DNA of 47,756 nt from Erysipelotrichaceae bacterium (GTDB lineage: Bacteria > Bacteroidota > Bacteroidia > Bacteroidales > Paludibacteraceae). Made by a program: the position numbers and the translations under genes. A model generated the notes under the pieces. That model did no database searches. It was not told the origin of the DNA and saw only the letters and a list, made by a program, of their open reading frames with translations. The stretch covers positions 1-47,756 of the forward strand of contig CAVGYO010000001.1 of NCBI GenBank assembly GCA_963633255.1, in the 5' to 3' direction. Position 1 is the stretch's first letter; the number at the start of each line of letters is the position of its first letter. Shown here one piece after another: positions 1 to 11,604 of the stretch.

Positions 1-118
1 ATTGTCTGCGGCTTCGCCGCATCACTCCTCACTCCTAATTCCTAACTCCTCACTCAAGAACACTCCTCACTTCTCACTGCTCACTTGTCTTGCTACTTGC
101 TACTCATATCTTGCGACT
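1..118 (-). repeat. Dispersed intergenic repeat element, copy A (inverted orientation, touches window start)
   Basis: The reverse complement of 1-118 aligns with 43830-43918 and 47663-47756. The 36-nt core ggaattaggagtgaggagtgatgcggcgaagccgca is identical in all three copies (here it is the rc of 6-41). Hairpin TGCGGC-ttc-GCCGCA lies at 6-20. GTAGCAA and GTGAGGA-type heptads are present. Confidence 0.85.
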
Positions 119-153
119 AAATTTCCACTTTTTCAAAAAAATGTTCATAACTT

Positions 154-184
154 TTTGTCAGTTCAAAAAAAAGTAGTAATTTTG
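154..184 (+). promoter_or_regulatory. Bacteroidetes-type promoter for the ribosomal supercluster (-33 TTTG / -7 TAnnTTTG)
   Basis: TTTG at 154-157, a 19-nt spacer, then TAATTTTG at 177-184. The rpsL ATG is at 239. Confidence 0.6.
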
Positions 185-238
185 CAGCCCCAAATAGTGG
201 GAAGAATTAACAGTTTTAGTAATCAAAAATCAGAAGAA

Positions 239-613
239 ATGCCTACAATTCAACAATTGGTTAGAAAAGGAAGGGTAGTTTTGGAAGACAACAGCAAGGC
301 TCCTGCCTTGGATTCGTGCCCCCAACGCCGCGGCGTTTGCGTGCGTGTGTACACCACCACACCCAAAAAGCCAAACTCGGCAATGCGTAAAGTTGCCCGT
401 GTGCGTTTGACCAACGCCAAAGAGGTGAACGCCTACATTCCAGGCGAGGGACACAACCTGCAGGAACACTCGATTGTGCTGGTGCGTGGCGGCCGTGTAA
501 AAGACCTGCCAGGCGTGCGCTATCACATCGTGCGTGGCACACTCGATACGGCTGGCGTAACATCGCGCACACAACGCCGCTCGAAATACGGTGCCAAGCG
601 TCCGAAAAAATAA
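239..613 (+). CDS. rpsL: 30S ribosomal protein uS12
   Basis: Translation [12 protein letters not shown]...RPKK. The ATG at 239 was chosen because the track ORF 2..613 reads through the upstream repeat element with no homology. Confidence 0.97.
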   Translation: MPTIQQLVRKGRVVLEDNSKAPALDSCPQRRGVCVRVYTTTPKKPNSAMRKVARVRLTNAKEVNAYIPGEGHNLQEHSIVLVRGGRVKDLPGVRYHIVRGTLDTAGVTSRTQRRSKYGAKRPKK

Positions 614-751
614 TACACCCTATTTAATTAACACAGAAGTCTAAAATTGTTTTTGATTTTTTGAGCAGTGCACGGTTGAGTAAATGCGTTCGGTGGAACG
701 CGTTGAAGACAAAAACGACAGCCAAAACAAAAACGTAACTTTTTTTGAAAA

Positions 752-1228
752 ATGAGAAAATCAACTCCCAAAAAACGGGTGATCCTGCCGGATTCCGTTT
801 TTAACGAAGTCATGGTGACGAAATTCGTCAACCACCTGATGTACGATGGAAAGAAAAGCATCTCTTTCGACATCTTCTACACCTCTCTCGACTTGGTAAA
901 GGCAAAACTGCCCAACGAGGAGAAGACCCCTCTCGAAATTTGGAAAAACGCTCTCGACAACATCACTCCACAAGTCGAAGTAAAATCGCGCCGCATCGGT
1001 GGTGCCACTTTCCAAGTTCCTACCGAAATCCGTCCCGATAGAAAACAATCTATCTCGATGAAAAACCTGATTATTTTTGCACGCAAACGCGCTGGACATT
1101 CGATGGCCGAAAAATTGGCTGCCGAAATCATCGACGCATACAATAATCAGGGTGGCGCATTCAAACGCAAAGAAGAAATTCACCGCATGGCCGAAGCAAA
1201 CCGCGCTTTTGCGCATTTCCGCTTCTAA
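752..1228 (+). CDS. rpsG: 30S ribosomal protein uS7
   Basis: Translation [18 protein letters not shown]...; sits in the str-operon position after rpsL. Confidence 0.97.
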   Translation: MRKSTPKKRVILPDSVFNEVMVTKFVNHLMYDGKKSISFDIFYTSLDLVKAKLPNEEKTPLEIWKNALDNITPQVEVKSRRIGGATFQVPTEIRPDRKQSISMKNLIIFARKRAGHSMAEKLAAEIIDAYNNQGGAFKRKEEIHRMAEANRAFAHFRF

Positions 1229-1249
1229 ATTTAATTTTTGGATATAGAA

Positions 1250-3367
1250 ATGGCAAAAAAAGATTTGCACTTTACGCGTAATATCGGCATCATGGCTCAC
1301 ATCGATGCTGGTAAAACTACCACATCGGAACGCATCTTGTTCTATACCGGTTTGACTCACAAAATCGGCGAGGTGCACGACGGTGCGGCTACTATGGACT
1401 GGATGGAGCAGGAACAAGAGCGTGGTATCACCATCACCTCGGCCGCTACCACCGCCTACTGGAACTACAACGCAAACAAATACAAAATCAACCTGATTGA
1501 CACCCCGGGGCATGTCGATTTCACTGTCGAAGTGGAACGCTCGCTCCGTATTCTCGATGGTGCCGTGGCTACTTTCTGCGCCGTTGGTGGCGTAGAACCG
1601 CAGTCCGAAACCGTGTGGCGTCAGGCCGATAAGTACAATGTGCCGCGCATCGGCTATGTGAACAAGATGGACCGCTCTGGTGCCAACTTTTTCGATGTTG
1701 TGCAACAGATTCACGATGTACTCGGCGCAAACCCCTGCCCGATACAAATCCCGATTGGTGCCGAAGAACACTTCAAAGGCATTATCGACCTCGTGCGCAT
1801 GAAAGCACTCTACTGGCACGACGAGACGATGGGCGCAGAATACGAAGTAGATGATATTCCTGCCGAACTGGTGGCCGAAGCCGAAGAGTGGCGCGACAAA
1901 ATGCTCGAAACACTCGCTGGCATCGACGACACATTGATGGAAAAATACTTCGACGACCCATCGACCATCACCGAAGACGAGATAAAAGCCGCTCTGCGCA
2001 AAGGCACTGTAACGATGGAAATCAACCCGATTATCTGCGGCTCGTCGTTCAAAAACAAAGGCGTTCAACCGCTGTTGGATGCTGTTTGCGCCTACCTGCC
2101 GTCGCCACTCGACACAGCACATGTCGATGGCACCGACCCGCGCGACCCCGAAAAGAAACTGACCCGCAAACCAAGCGAAGACGAACCGCTGTGTGCCTTG
2201 GCGTTCAAAATCGCCACCGACCCGTATGTCGGCCGCCTCTGCTTCTTCCGCGTCTATTCGGGACATCTCGACGCTGGCTCGTATGTGTACAACGCACGCT
2301 CGGGCAAAAAAGAGCGCATCTCGCGCATCTTCCAAATGCACTCCAACAAACAGAATCCTGTCGATGTAATCGGCGCTGGCGACATCGGTGCTGGCGTAGG
2401 TTTCAAAGATATTCGCACGGGCGACACGCTCTGTGCCGAAGAAGCACCTATCGTACTCGAATCGATGGACTTCCCCGATCCTGTTATCGGTATCGCTGTT
2501 GAACCAAAATCGCAAGCCGACATCGACAAACTCGGCATCGGTTTGGCAAAACTGGCCGAAGAGGACCCAACTTTCACCGTTCGTACCGACGAACAATCGG
2601 GACAAACCGTTATCTCGGGCATGGGCGAACTGCACTTGGAAATCATCATCGACCGCCTGAAACGCGAATTCAAAGTCGAGTGCAACCAAGGGCGTCCGCA
2701 AGTGTCGTACAAAGAGTGCATCACGCAAACCGTCGATCTGCGCGAAGTTTACAAGAAACAGTCGGGCGGTCGTGGTAAATTTGCCGACATCATCGTCAAA
2801 GTTGGTCCGTGCGACGAAGGCTGGGAAGGCGGCCTGCAATTTGTCGACGAGGTGAAAGGCGGCAACATTCCGAAAGAGTTTATTCCATCGGTGCAAAAGG
2901 GCTTCCAAATGGCCATGAAAAACGGCGTTCTGGCTGGCTATCCAGTCGATTCGCTCAAGGTCGTTTTGGTCGATGGCTCGTTCCACCCAGTCGATTCCGA
3001 CCAGTTGTCGTTCGAAATTTGCGCACAAATCGCGTTCAAAAACGCCTGCGCAAAAGCCAAACCTGCGCTGCTCGAACCGATTATGAAACTCGAAGTTGTA
3101 ACCCCCGAAGAGAGCATGGGCGATGTCATCGGCGACTTGAACAAACGCCGCGGACAGGTCGAAGGCATGGAGTCGAGCCGCACAGGCGCGCGCATTGTCA
3201 AAGCCAAAGTGCCGCTGGCCGAAATGTTTGGCTATGTAACCGCTCTGCGCACCATCACATCGGGTCGTGCTACCTCGTCGATGGAGTTCTCGCACTACGC
3301 CGAAGTTTCGACCTCCATAGCCAAAGCCGTGGTCGAAGAAGCCAAAGGCCGTGTCGATCTCTTGTAA
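1250..3367 (+). CDS. fusA: Elongation factor G (canonical)
   Basis: Translation [36 protein letters not shown]. The ATG at 1250 is preferred over the in-frame TTG at 1238. Confidence 0.97.
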   Translation: MAKKDLHFTRNIGIMAHIDAGKTTTSERILFYTGLTHKIGEVHDGAATMDWMEQEQERGITITSAATTAYWNYNANKYKINLIDTPGHVDFTVEVERSLRILDGAVATFCAVGGVEPQSETVWRQADKYNVPRIGYVNKMDRSGANFFDVVQQIHDVLGANPCPIQIPIGAEEHFKGIIDLVRMKALYWHDETMGAEYEVDDIPAELVAEAEEWRDKMLETLAGIDDTLMEKYFDDPSTITEDEIKAALRKGTVTMEINPIICGSSFKNKGVQPLLDAVCAYLPSPLDTAHVDGTDPRDPEKKLTRKPSEDEPLCALAFKIATDPYVGRLCFFRVYSGHLDAGSYVYNARSGKKERISRIFQMHSNKQNPVDVIGAGDIGAGVGFKDIRTGDTLCAEEAPIVLESMDFPDPVIGIAVEPKSQADIDKLGIGLAKLAEEDPTFTVRTDEQSGQTVISGMGELHLEIIIDRLKREFKVECNQGRPQVSYKECITQTVDLREVYKKQSGGRGKFADIIVKVGPCDEGWEGGLQFVDEVKGGNIPKEFIPSVQKGFQMAMKNGVLAGYPVDSLKVVLVDGSFHPVDSDQLSFEICAQIAFKNACAKAKPALLEPIMKLEVVTPEESMGDVIGDLNKRRGQVEGMESSRTGARIVKAKVPLAEMFGYVTALRTITSGRATSSMEFSHYAEVSTSIAKAVVEEAKGRVDLL

Positions 3368-3460
3368 AACGAAAAATGACGAATCGCCGTGCGTTAGCGA
3401 ATGACTCTTAACGCACGCGCGGTTCCTCAAAAAAATGAATAATTTTTAACAAAAAAAACA

Positions 3461-3766
3461 ATGAGTCAAAAAATCAGAATCAAACTCAAATCGTACGATC
3501 ACAATTTGGTCGACAAATCGGCCGAAAAAATCGTCAAAACAGTGAAGGCTACAGGCGCAGTCGTTAGCGGCCCAATTCCGCTGCCCACGCACAAACGCAT
3601 TTTCACCGTCAACCGCTCGACCTTCGTCAACAAAAAAGCGCGCGAACAGTTCGAACTCTCGGCCTACAAACGCCTGATCGACATCTACAGTTCGACCACG
3701 CAGACCGTCGATGCGCTGATGAAACTCGAATTGCCATCGGGCGTCGAAGTTGAAATCAAAGTGTAG
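3461..3766 (+). CDS. rpsJ: 30S ribosomal protein uS10
   Basis: Translation [18 protein letters not shown]...; first gene of the S10 block. Confidence 0.97.
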   Translation: MSQKIRIKLKSYDHNLVDKSAEKIVKTVKATGAVVSGPIPLPTHKRIFTVNRSTFVNKKAREQFELSAYKRLIDIYSSTTQTVDALMKLELPSGVEVEIKV

Positions 3767-3826
3767 CCGCTCGCTCACACCAAATTAAAAAAAAGAAAAG
3801 AGTAAGAATAATAAAATTTAATTGAA

Positions 3827-4447
3827 ATGCCAGGATTAATTGGAAAAAAAATCGGAATGACATCCGTTTTCAGTGCCGAGGGAAAAAACATTCCATGCAC
3901 TGTTATCGAAGTTGGTCCATGCGTGGTTACGCAGGTTAAAACCGTCGAACGCGACGGCTACAGCGCACTTCAGTTGGGTTTCGGCGATGTGAAAGAAAAA
4001 CACGCTACCAAAGCCGAAATTGGCCACTGCAAAGCGTCGGGCGCAACCCCCAAAGGACACTTGGTTGAGTTCAAGAGTTTCGACAACGCCTACAAATTGG
4101 GCGACATCATCACCGTCGACAAAGTGTTCGAGGCGGGCGATTGGGTCGATGCTGTCGGAACATCGAAAGGTAAAGGTTTCCAAGGCGTAGTGAAACGCCA
4201 CGGATTCGGCGGCGTAGGCCAATCGACACACGGTCAGGACGACCGCTTGCGCGCTCCCGGTTCGCTGGGCGCATCGTCGTACCCATCGAAAGTATTCAAA
4301 GGCATGCGTATGGCAGGCCGCATGGGTGGCGACCGCGTAACCGTACAAAACCTTCAAGTTATCAAAGTAATGCCAGAACACAATCTGTTGGTTATCAAGG
4401 GATCGGTGCCGGGCGTTAAAGGTTCAATCATTTTAATCGAAAAATAA
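3827..4447 (+). CDS. rplC: 50S ribosomal protein uL3
   Basis: Translation [15 protein letters not shown]... Confidence 0.97.
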   Translation: MPGLIGKKIGMTSVFSAEGKNIPCTVIEVGPCVVTQVKTVERDGYSALQLGFGDVKEKHATKAEIGHCKASGATPKGHLVEFKSFDNAYKLGDIITVDKVFEAGDWVDAVGTSKGKGFQGVVKRHGFGGVGQSTHGQDDRLRAPGSLGASSYPSKVFKGMRMAGRMGGDRVTVQNLQVIKVMPEHNLLVIKGSVPGVKGSIILIEK

Positions 4448-5076
4448 TGGAACTGAGCGTATATAACATCAAAGGAGAAGAGACCGGAAAAAAAGTCGTC
4501 CTGAAAGACGAAATTTTCGGCATTGAGCCCAACGACCACGCCATCTACCTCGATGTGAAGCAGTATTTGGCCAACCAGCGTCAAGGCACACACAAATCGA
4601 AACAACGCAGCGAGCTGTCGGGTTCGACCCGCAAACTCGGCCGCCAAAAAGGCGGTGGCGGCGCCCGCCGCGGCGATATCAACTCGCCACTGCTCGTGGG
4701 CGGCGCACGCGTGTTCGGCCCAGTGCCGCGCGACTACAGTTTCAAACTCAACAAGAAACTGAAACAACTCGCCCGCAAATCGGCACTCTCGTACAAAGCC
4801 GCCAACGGCGAAATCATCGTGGTCGACACCATCAATTTCGATGCGCCAAAGACCAAAGAGTTTGTCGCAATGGCGAACAATCTGAAAATCGCGGACAAAA
4901 AATCGCTCGTGATTTTGCCAGAACCAAATAAATTCGTATATTTGTCGGCTCGTAACCTTCAGAAAGCGAAGGTTATAACCGTCTCAGAATTAAGCACATA
5001 CGAAATTCTGAACAATTCTGTTGTGGTGCTTCCCGAAGCCACCATCGCCGAAATTGAGCAACATTTTAATGTATAA
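4447..5076 (+). CDS. rplD: 50S ribosomal protein uL4
   Basis: Translation [15 protein letters not shown]...; 1-nt TAATG overlap with rplC. Confidence 0.96.
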   Translation: MELSVYNIKGEETGKKVVLKDEIFGIEPNDHAIYLDVKQYLANQRQGTHKSKQRSELSGSTRKLGRQKGGGGARRGDINSPLLVGGARVFGPVPRDYSFKLNKKLKQLARKSALSYKAANGEIIVVDTINFDAPKTKEFVAMANNLKIADKKSLVILPEPNKFVYLSARNLQKAKVITVSELSTYEILNNSVVVLPEATIAEIEQHFNV

Positions 5077-5093
5077 GAGGAGGACAAACGCTT

Positions 5094-5384
5094 ATGTCAG
5101 TAATTATCAAACCAATCGTTACGGAGAAAATGACCAAAATCGGCGAGAAATTCAACCGCGTCGGTTTTCGCGTTGTGCCCACTGCCAACAAACTTGAAAT
5201 CAAGGCTGCGGTAGAGGCTCTGTATAACGTAACCGTGGTGGATGTAAACACCTCCAATGTACACGGTAAGGCAAAAAGCCGCTACACCAAGAGCGGTGTC
5301 GTCAACGGACATTCGGCCATCTACAAAAAAGCCATTGTAACGTTGAAAGAAGGAGACACAATCGATTTTTATAGCAACATTTAA
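5094..5384 (+). CDS. rplW: 50S ribosomal protein uL23
   Basis: Translation MSVIIKPIVTEKMTK...; conserved position. Confidence 0.96.
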   Translation: MSVIIKPIVTEKMTKIGEKFNRVGFRVVPTANKLEIKAAVEALYNVTVVDVNTSNVHGKAKSRYTKSGVVNGHSAIYKKAIVTLKEGDTIDFYSNI

Positions 5385-5393
5385 TAAACCAAA

Positions 5394-6218
5394 ATGGCTG
5401 TACGTAAATTAAAGCCCACAACACCAGGGCAAAGACACAAAGTTATTGGTGCGTTCGACACAATTACCGCCAGCGCACCAGAGAAGTCTCTTGTATTTGG
5501 TTTTGGAAAAACCGGCGGTCGCAACAACACCGGCAAAATGACCATGCGCTACATCGGTGGCGGACACAAGAGAAAGTATAGAGTAATTGATTTCTGCCGT
5601 AGCAAAGACGGCGTGCCAGCAACGGTAAAAAGCATCGAATACGACCCGAATCGCTCGGCGCGTATCGCCCTGCTTTACTATGCCGATGGCGAAAAAGCGT
5701 ACATTCTTGCTCCCAATGGACTGCAAGTAGGTCAGAAATTGCTCTCTGGCGCCGAAGCCGCTCCCGAAGTAGGCAACGCGCTCCCAATGGAAAACATTCC
5801 GCTTGGTACGATTGTACACAACATCGAACTGCGCCCCGGACAGGGTGCCGCCCTCGTTCGCTCTGCTGGAACATTTGCGCAAATCACCTCGCGCGAAGGC
5901 AAGTATGTTATCATCAAACTGCCCTCGGGCGAAATCCGTAAGGTGCTCGCCGCCTGCAAAGCCACTGTTGGTAGCGTAGGCAATGCCGACCACGCTCTCG
6001 AAAAATCGGGCAAGGCTGGTCGCAGCCGCTGGCTCGGACGCCGCCCGCGCAACCGTGGTGTAGCCATGAACCCAGTCGATCACCCAATGGGCGGTGGCGA
6101 AGGACGCGCTTCGGGCGGACACCCACGCTCGCGCAAAGGCTTGCTTGCCAAAGGTAAGAAGACTCGCGCTCCGAAGAAACTTTCGAACCAATACATCATT
6201 GAAAGGAAACACAAATAA
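5394..6218 (+). CDS. rplB: 50S ribosomal protein uL2
   Basis: Translation [15 protein letters not shown]...[13 protein letters not shown]. Confidence 0.97.
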   Translation: MAVRKLKPTTPGQRHKVIGAFDTITASAPEKSLVFGFGKTGGRNNTGKMTMRYIGGGHKRKYRVIDFCRSKDGVPATVKSIEYDPNRSARIALLYYADGEKAYILAPNGLQVGQKLLSGAEAAPEVGNALPMENIPLGTIVHNIELRPGQGAALVRSAGTFAQITSREGKYVIIKLPSGEIRKVLAACKATVGSVGNADHALEKSGKAGRSRWLGRRPRNRGVAMNPVDHPMGGGEGRASGGHPRSRKGLLAKGKKTRAPKKLSNQYIIERKHK

Positions 6219-6238
6219 CGCTTAAAAGGAGAGTAATT

Positions 6239-6505
6239 ATGAGTCGTTCATTGAAAAAAGGACCATATATCAACCTGAAACTCGAGAAAAAAGTGCTCGA
6301 CATGAATGAGAGCGGCCGCAAATCCGTTATCAAAACATGGGCGCGCGCTTCGATGATTTCGCCTGATTTCGTAGGTCATACAATTGCAGTTCACAACGGA
6401 AACAAATTCATTCCTGTTTATGTAACGGAAAACATGGTCGGCCACAAACTCGGCGAGTTTGCCCCGACACGCATATTCCGCGGTCACGCAGGTAACCGAA
6501 AGTAA
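6239..6505 (+). CDS. rpsS: 30S ribosomal protein uS19
   Basis: Translation [15 protein letters not shown]... Confidence 0.97.
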   Translation: MSRSLKKGPYINLKLEKKVLDMNESGRKSVIKTWARASMISPDFVGHTIAVHNGNKFIPVYVTENMVGHKLGEFAPTRIFRGHAGNRK

Positions 6506-6548
6506 CCCGTTGCACATCTATTTTGTAAAATAAAAAAGAGAAACAAAT

Positions 6549-6959
6549 ATGGGCAAAAGAAAGAAAATATCTGCCGAAAAGAGAAAAGAAGCCCGGCGCG
6601 CGGTTTACTTCGCCAAACTGAACGATGTGCCAACATCGCCGCGCAAGATGCGCCTCGTGGCCGACATGATTCGTGGCGTGGAGGTGAACAAAGCGCTGAG
6701 CATGTTGCACTTCTCGACCAAACAAGCATCGGTGAAAATGGAGCAAGTACTCAAGTCGGCCATCGCCAACTGGGAACAGAAAACCGAGCAGAAAGCCGAC
6801 AGCGCAAACCTCTATGTGAGTGCCGTTTATGTCGATTCGGCGCGTATGCTGAAACGCCTGCGCACCGCTCCACAAGGACGCGGCTACCGCATTCGCAAAC
6901 GCTCGAACCACATCACACTGTTTGTTGATTCGAAAAATACTAACGACAATAAAGATTAA
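6549..6959 (+). CDS. rplV: 50S ribosomal protein uL22
   Basis: Translation ...[22 protein letters not shown]... Confidence 0.96.
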   Translation: MGKRKKISAEKRKEARRAVYFAKLNDVPTSPRKMRLVADMIRGVEVNKALSMLHFSTKQASVKMEQVLKSAIANWEQKTEQKADSANLYVSAVYVDSARMLKRLRTAPQGRGYRIRKRSNHITLFVDSKNTNDNKD

Positions 6960-6964
6960 GCCAG

Positions 6965-7696
6965 ATGGGACAGAAAATTAATCCAATTAGCAACCGACTC
7001 GGTATCATCCGCGGTTGGGATTCGAACTGGTACGGTGGCAAAAACTATGGCGACACCCTACTCGAAGATAGCAAAATCAGAAAGTATCTGAACGCCCGTC
7101 TCGCTAAAGCCAGTTTATCGCGAATCGTTATCGAACGCACACTGAAACTTGTTACAATCACTGTCTGCACTGCTCGCCCCGGTATGATTATCGGTAAGGG
7201 CGGACAAGAAGTCGACAAGTTGAAGGAAGAACTGAAGAAAATCACCGACAAGGAGGTGCAAATCAACATCTTCGAGGTGAAACGCCCCGACTTGGATGCC
7301 GTGATTGTTGCCAACAACATCGCTCGCCAAATCGAAGGCAAAATCGCTTACCGCAAGGCTGTGAAGACAGCCATCGCTTCGACCATGCGCATGGGTGCCG
7401 AAGGCATCAAAGTGCTGGTGGCTGGCCGCTTGAACGGTGCCGAAATTGCGCGCGCCGAAATGTTCAAAGAGGGCCGCACACCGCTGCACACATTCCGCGC
7501 CGACATCGACTACTGCCCGACGGCCGCACTGACCAAAGTCGGACTCATCGGTATCAAAGTGTGGATTTGCCGTGGTGAAGTATATGGCAAAAGAGACCTC
7601 GCTCCAAACTTCGCAACCAAAGAAAACGGACGCGGCGGCGCACCCGCTGGCGAACGCAACATGGGCGGCAAAGGCTTCAGAAAAAGAAAAAAATAA
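6965..7696 (+). CDS. rpsC: 30S ribosomal protein uS3
   Basis: Translation [23 protein letters not shown]...; basic Gly-rich C-terminal tail. Confidence 0.97.
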   Translation: MGQKINPISNRLGIIRGWDSNWYGGKNYGDTLLEDSKIRKYLNARLAKASLSRIVIERTLKLVTITVCTARPGMIIGKGGQEVDKLKEELKKITDKEVQINIFEVKRPDLDAVIVANNIARQIEGKIAYRKAVKTAIASTMRMGAEGIKVLVAGRLNGAEIARAEMFKEGRTPLHTFRADIDYCPTAALTKVGLIGIKVWICRGEVYGKRDLAPNFATKENGRGGAPAGERNMGGKGFRKRKK

Positions 7697-7725
7697 TTAT
7701 CGAACGCATTTGAATTTAACAAGCC

Positions 7726-8157
7726 ATGTTACAACCTAAAAAGACAAAATACAGAAGACAGCAAGACGGACACCCGCAGGGCATCGCCCAGCGCGGCAAC
7801 CAACTTGCGTTCGGCTCGTTTGGCATCAAGTCGTTGGGAACAATTTGGATTACTGGCCAGCAAATCGAGGCCGCCCGTGTAGCCGTAACACGCTATATGC
7901 AGCGTCAAGGTCAGATTTGGATACGCATATTCCCCGACAAACCAATCACACGCAAACCTGCCGATGTGCGCATGGGTAAAGGTAAAGGTAACCCCGAAGG
8001 ATTCGTGGCACCTGTAACCCCCGGTCGTATGATTATCGAAGTCGATGGCGTGCCTTTCGAGGTAGCCAAAGAAGCACTGCGCTTGGCTGCTCAAAAGTTG
8101 CCAATCCAAACCAAGTTCGTCGTAAGACGCGATTATGACCCAACTCAAAATGTGTAA
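7726..8157 (+). CDS. rplP: 50S ribosomal protein uL16
   Basis: Translation [13 protein letters not shown]... Confidence 0.97.
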   Translation: MLQPKKTKYRRQQDGHPQGIAQRGNQLAFGSFGIKSLGTIWITGQQIEAARVAVTRYMQRQGQIWIRIFPDKPITRKPADVRMGKGKGNPEGFVAPVTPGRMIIEVDGVPFEVAKEALRLAAQKLPIQTKFVVRRDYDPTQNV

Positions 8158-8167
8158 AGGATTGATT

Positions 8168-8365
8168 ATGAAAACAAGAGAAATTAAAGAACTCACTACC
8201 AATGAACTTCAGGAGCAGATAGGCGTGAAACGCGAAGAGTTGAACCGCCTCACCCTGAACCATGCCATTTCTCCTATTGACAATCCTGCTCAAATAAGAG
8301 AAATACGCAAAACGATTGCCCGCATGGCAACCGAACTGCGTCAACGCGAACTTCAACAACAATAA
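8168..8365 (+). CDS. rpmC: 50S ribosomal protein uL29
   Basis: Translation MKTREIKELTTNELQEQI... The ATG at 8168 was chosen because the track start at 8135 overlaps the rplP 3' end. Confidence 0.93.
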   Translation: MKTREIKELTTNELQEQIGVKREELNRLTLNHAISPIDNPAQIREIRKTIARMATELRQRELQQQ

Positions 8366-8377
8366 TGATTATCCAAA

Positions 8378-8635
8378 ATGGAAACAAGAAATTTAAGAAA
8401 AGAGAGAATAGGTGTTGTTTTCAGCAATAAAATGGATAAATCCATTACAGTTGCAGTGAAATGGAAAGAGCAACACCCCATCTACGGGAAATTCGTTAAT
8501 AAAACGAAGAAGTATCACGCCCACGACGAGAAAAACGAATGCAACATCGGCGATACCGTACGCATTATGGAAACCCGTCCGCTGAGCAAGACAAAGAAAT
8601 GGAGATTAGTAGAAATCATAGAAAAAGCGAAGTAA
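8378..8635 (+). CDS. rpsQ: 30S ribosomal protein uS17
   Basis: Translation ...[19 protein letters not shown]... Confidence 0.96.
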   Translation: METRNLRKERIGVVFSNKMDKSITVAVKWKEQHPIYGKFVNKTKKYHAHDEKNECNIGDTVRIMETRPLSKTKKWRLVEIIEKAK

Positions 8636-8636
8636 T

Positions 8637-9002
8637 ATGATACAGCAAGAAACAAGACTCAAAGTAGCCGACAACAGCGGCGCAAAAGAGGTACTTTGCA
8701 TTCGCGTGCTGGGCGGAACGGGCAAACGCTACGCCACACTCGGCGATACAATTGTGGTGGCCGTGAAAAGCGCGCTCCCCGCAGGCGACGCCAAAAAAGG
8801 CACCGTGTCGAAGGCTGTCGTTGTGCGCACTGCCAAAGAGGTGCGTCGCGCCGACGGCTCCTATATCCGTTTCGACGACAACGCCTGTGTGCTTCTGAAC
8901 AACGCTGGCGAAATGCGCGGTAGCCGCATATTCGGTCCCGTGGCACGCGAACTGCGCGCTACGAACATGAAAATCATTTCACTTGCGCCAGAAGTACTCT
9001 AA
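8637..9002 (+). CDS. rplN: 50S ribosomal protein uL14
   Basis: Translation [19 protein letters not shown]... Confidence 0.97.
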   Translation: MIQQETRLKVADNSGAKEVLCIRVLGGTGKRYATLGDTIVVAVKSALPAGDAKKGTVSKAVVVRTAKEVRRADGSYIRFDDNACVLLNNAGEMRGSRIFGPVARELRATNMKIISLAPEVL

Positions 9003-9034
9003 ACTTTAACCACACAAAAAACACAGTAAGTAAA

Positions 9035-9355
9035 ATGAGTAAACTGCACATAAAAAAGGGTGATACCGTTTTCGTAAACGCTGGCGACGACAAAGGCAAA
9101 ACAGGCCGTGTGCTGAAAGTGCTTGTCGATAAACAACGCGCTATCGTAGAGGGTATCAATATGGTGTCGAAAAGCACCAAACCCAACGCAAAGAATCCGC
9201 AAGGCGGAATCGTGAAAAAAGAGGCAGCCTTGCACATCTCGAATCTGAATGTGCTCGACCCAAAAACGGGCAAACCGACGCGCATCGGCCGTCGCAGAAA
9301 CGATGAAGGCAAGTTGGTACGTTACGCTAAAAAATCAGGGGAGGAGATCAAATGA
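9035..9355 (+). CDS. rplX: 50S ribosomal protein uL24
   Basis: Translation [26 protein letters not shown]... Confidence 0.96.
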   Translation: MSKLHIKKGDTVFVNAGDDKGKTGRVLKVLVDKQRAIVEGINMVSKSTKPNAKNPQGGIVKKEAALHISNLNVLDPKTGKPTRIGRRRNDEGKLVRYAKKSGEEIK

Positions 9356-9900
9356 TGGTAACCGATAGTATGAAACAAGATTACAAGGAACGCATCGTTC
9401 CCGCATTGATGAAACAATTCGGATACAGTTCCGTGATGCAATGCCCCCGACTCGAGAAAATAGTGCTGAACCAAGGTCTTGGCATCGCAGTGGCCGACAA
9501 AAAAATTGTCGATACCGCCATCGAAGAGATGACCGCCATCACGGGTCAAAAAGCCGTTCAAACACTCTCGAAAAAAGACATCTCGAACTTCAAAGTGCGT
9601 AAAAAAATGCCTATCGGCGTGCGCGTAACTTTGCGCGACAAGAAAATGTACGAATTTTTGGAGCGTTTGATTCGCGTGGCTCTGCCTCGTATTCGCGACT
9701 TCAAGGGAATTGAATCGAAACTCGACGGCCGTGGCAACTACACGCTGGGCATCACCGAGCAGATTATCTTCCCCGAAATCAACATCGACAGCATCCAAAA
9801 GTTGCTGGGCATGAACATCACATTCGTAACATCGGCCAAAACCGACGAAGAAGGTCTTGCTCTGCTCAAAGAGTTCGGATTACCATTCAAGAAAAACTAA
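9352..9900 (+). CDS. rplE: 50S ribosomal protein uL5
   Basis: Translation ...[28 protein letters not shown]...; ATGA overlap with rplX. The exact start (9352 or 9355) is ambiguous. Confidence 0.95.
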   Translation: MMVTDSMKQDYKERIVPALMKQFGYSSVMQCPRLEKIVLNQGLGIAVADKKIVDTAIEEMTAITGQKAVQTLSKKDISNFKVRKKMPIGVRVTLRDKKMYEFLERLIRVALPRIRDFKGIESKLDGRGNYTLGITEQIIFPEINIDSIQKLLGMNITFVTSAKTDEEGLALLKEFGLPFKKN

Positions 9901-9918
9901 CTAAAAAGGGACAAGAAA

Positions 9919-10188
9919 ATGGCAAAAGAGTCAATGAAAGCCCGCGAGGTGAAACGCGCCAAATTGGTGGCCAAATATGCCGAAAAGCGCAAAGCCTTGA
10001 TAGCGGCTGGCGATTACGAATCGCTGCAACTTTTACCCAAAAACGCTTCGTATGTGCGCCTGCACAACCGTTGCAAAATTTCTGGTCGTCCGCGCGGCTA
10101 TATGCGTCAATTCGGCATCTCGCGCATCGACTTCCGCGAATTGGCTTCGGCTGGATTGATTCCGGGCGTGAAGAAAGCAAGTTGGTAA
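9919..10188 (+). CDS. rpsN: 30S ribosomal protein uS14 (89 aa, single Cys, zinc-independent type)
   Basis: Translation [16 protein letters not shown]...GVKKASW; no CxxC pairs. Confidence 0.96.
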   Translation: MAKESMKAREVKRAKLVAKYAEKRKALIAAGDYESLQLLPKNASYVRLHNRCKISGRPRGYMRQFGISRIDFRELASAGLIPGVKKASW

Positions 10189-10266
10189 ACGAACGCTTTT
10201 TTAGAGATAAGAAAAAGTTAATAAATATTGTCCCGACAGTCGGGATCAATTTAATCTTAAAATTTT

Positions 10267-10662
10267 ATGACAGATCCAATTGCAGATTATCTGACGAGAG
10301 TGCGGAACGCCATCAAGGCCAACCACCGCGTGGTAGAAATTCCCGCCTCGAACCTGAAAAAGGAAATCACGAAAGTCCTTTTCGAAAAAGGCTACATTTT
10401 GAACTACAAATTTGTAGAAGACGGCCCGCAGGGGACCATCAAAATAGCCTTGAAATACGACCCTGCCAACAAAGTAAACGCCCTGCGCAAACTCATCAGA
10501 GTATCCACTCCGGGCTTGCGTAAGTATGTGGGCTACCGCGAAATGCCGCGCGTGCTGAACGGTCTTGGTATCGCCATTCTTTCGACATCGAAAGGCGTGA
10601 TGACCGACAAAGAAGCCCGCGAACAGAAAGTCGGCGGCGAAGTTTTGTGTTACATCTATTAA
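10267..10662 (+). CDS. rpsH: 30S ribosomal protein uS8
   Basis: Translation MTDPIADYLTRVRNA... Confidence 0.97.
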   Translation: MTDPIADYLTRVRNAIKANHRVVEIPASNLKKEITKVLFEKGYILNYKFVEDGPQGTIKIALKYDPANKVNALRKLIRVSTPGLRKYVGYREMPRVLNGLGIAILSTSKGVMTDKEAREQKVGGEVLCYIY

Positions 10663-10675
10663 TGGAGGAAGAGCA

Positions 10676-11227
10676 ATGTCACGAATAGGAAAATTACCGA
10701 TAGCAATTCCTGCAGGCGTTACTGTAACAGTCAAAGACAACGAAGTTACTGTGAAAGGTCCCAAAGGTGAACTGAAACAGACCGTCGCTCCAGCCATCAC
10801 CGTTACCGTCGAAGGCAATGTGTGCCATGTGGCTCGCCCCGACGACGAACGCGAAAACCGCGCTATGCACGGCCTCTACCGCGCACTGATTCACAACATG
10901 GTTGTGGGTGTGTCGGAAGGCTACAAAAAAACTTTGGAACTTGTGGGCGTGGGCTACCGTGCCAACAGCAATGGCCAAGTGCTCGAACTCGCGCTCGGCT
11001 ACACACACGCCATCTATCTGGGCTTGCCCGCCGAAGTGAAAGTGCAAACCGTTTCGGAACGCAACCAAAACCCGCTGATTGTGCTCGAAAGTGCCGACAA
11101 ACAACTGCTTGGGCAAATTTGCGCCAAAATCCGCTCGTTCCGCAAACCAGAACCTTACAAAGGCAAAGGCGTTAAGTTCCAAGGCGAAATCATCCGCCGC
11201 AAGGCTGGTAAGACCGCTGGTAAGTAA
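10676..11227 (+). CDS. rplF: 50S ribosomal protein uL6
   Basis: Translation MSRIGKLPIAIPAGVTVTV... Confidence 0.97.
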   Translation: MSRIGKLPIAIPAGVTVTVKDNEVTVKGPKGELKQTVAPAITVTVEGNVCHVARPDDERENRAMHGLYRALIHNMVVGVSEGYKKTLELVGVGYRANSNGQVLELALGYTHAIYLGLPAEVKVQTVSERNQNPLIVLESADKQLLGQICAKIRSFRKPEPYKGKGVKFQGEIIRRKAGKTAGK

Positions 11228-11247
11228 ACCCGTAAATTAGTACGACT

Positions 11248-11592
11248 ATGATTGATAAAATAGAAAGAAGACTGAAGATAAAAGCGCACATTCGCCGCAC
11301 GATAAAAGGCACAGCCGAGCGTCCGCGCCTGACGGTGTTCCGCAGCAATGCGCAAATCTATGCACAGGTTATCGACGACAAAGCAGGCAAAACGCTGGCA
11401 GCCGCCTCGTCGCTTGCCATCAAGGACAAAATGACGAAAAAAGAGCAGGCCGCCAAGGTTGGCGAACTCATCGCCAAAAACGCCCAAGAGGCAGGCATTA
11501 CCACCGTGGTATTCGACCGCAACGGATACCTGTACCACGGCCGAGTTAAAGAATTGGCAGACGCTGCCCGTAATGGTGGACTTAAATTTTAA
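11248..11592 (+). CDS. rplR: 50S ribosomal protein uL18
   Basis: Translation ...[20 protein letters not shown]... Confidence 0.96.
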   Translation: MIDKIERRLKIKAHIRRTIKGTAERPRLTVFRSNAQIYAQVIDDKAGKTLAAASSLAIKDKMTKKEQAAKVGELIAKNAQEAGITTVVFDRNGYLYHGRVKELADAARNGGLKF

Positions 11593-11604
11593 TAACGAAC
11601 AACT

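Noticed and set aside
2-238. An N-terminal extension of 79 aa on rpsL in track ORF 2..613.
   Set aside because: The extension is a read-through of repeat copy A and the promoter region, and it is low-complexity ([18 protein letters not shown]). Universal uS12 begins at MPTIQQL (ATG at 239), downstream of a consensus promoter.
1238-1249. Alternative TTG or GTG starts offered by the track for fusA (1238), map (14140) and serS (44231). Also long upstream starts for pdxB (41887), pssA (41407), the 964-aa gene (34628) and the giant gene (31621).
   Set aside because: In each case a downstream ATG gives the conserved family N-terminus or a proper signal peptide, and it removes overlap with the upstream gene or intergenic hairpins.
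761-3430. An 889-aa ORF antisense to rpsG and fusA.
   Set aside because: This is a shadow ORF. It is codon-aligned antisense to two universally conserved genes. The sense genes avoid TTA/CTA/TCA codons, so the opposite frame has no stops. The translation is Arg/Ala/Phe/Val-rich with no recognisable motifs.
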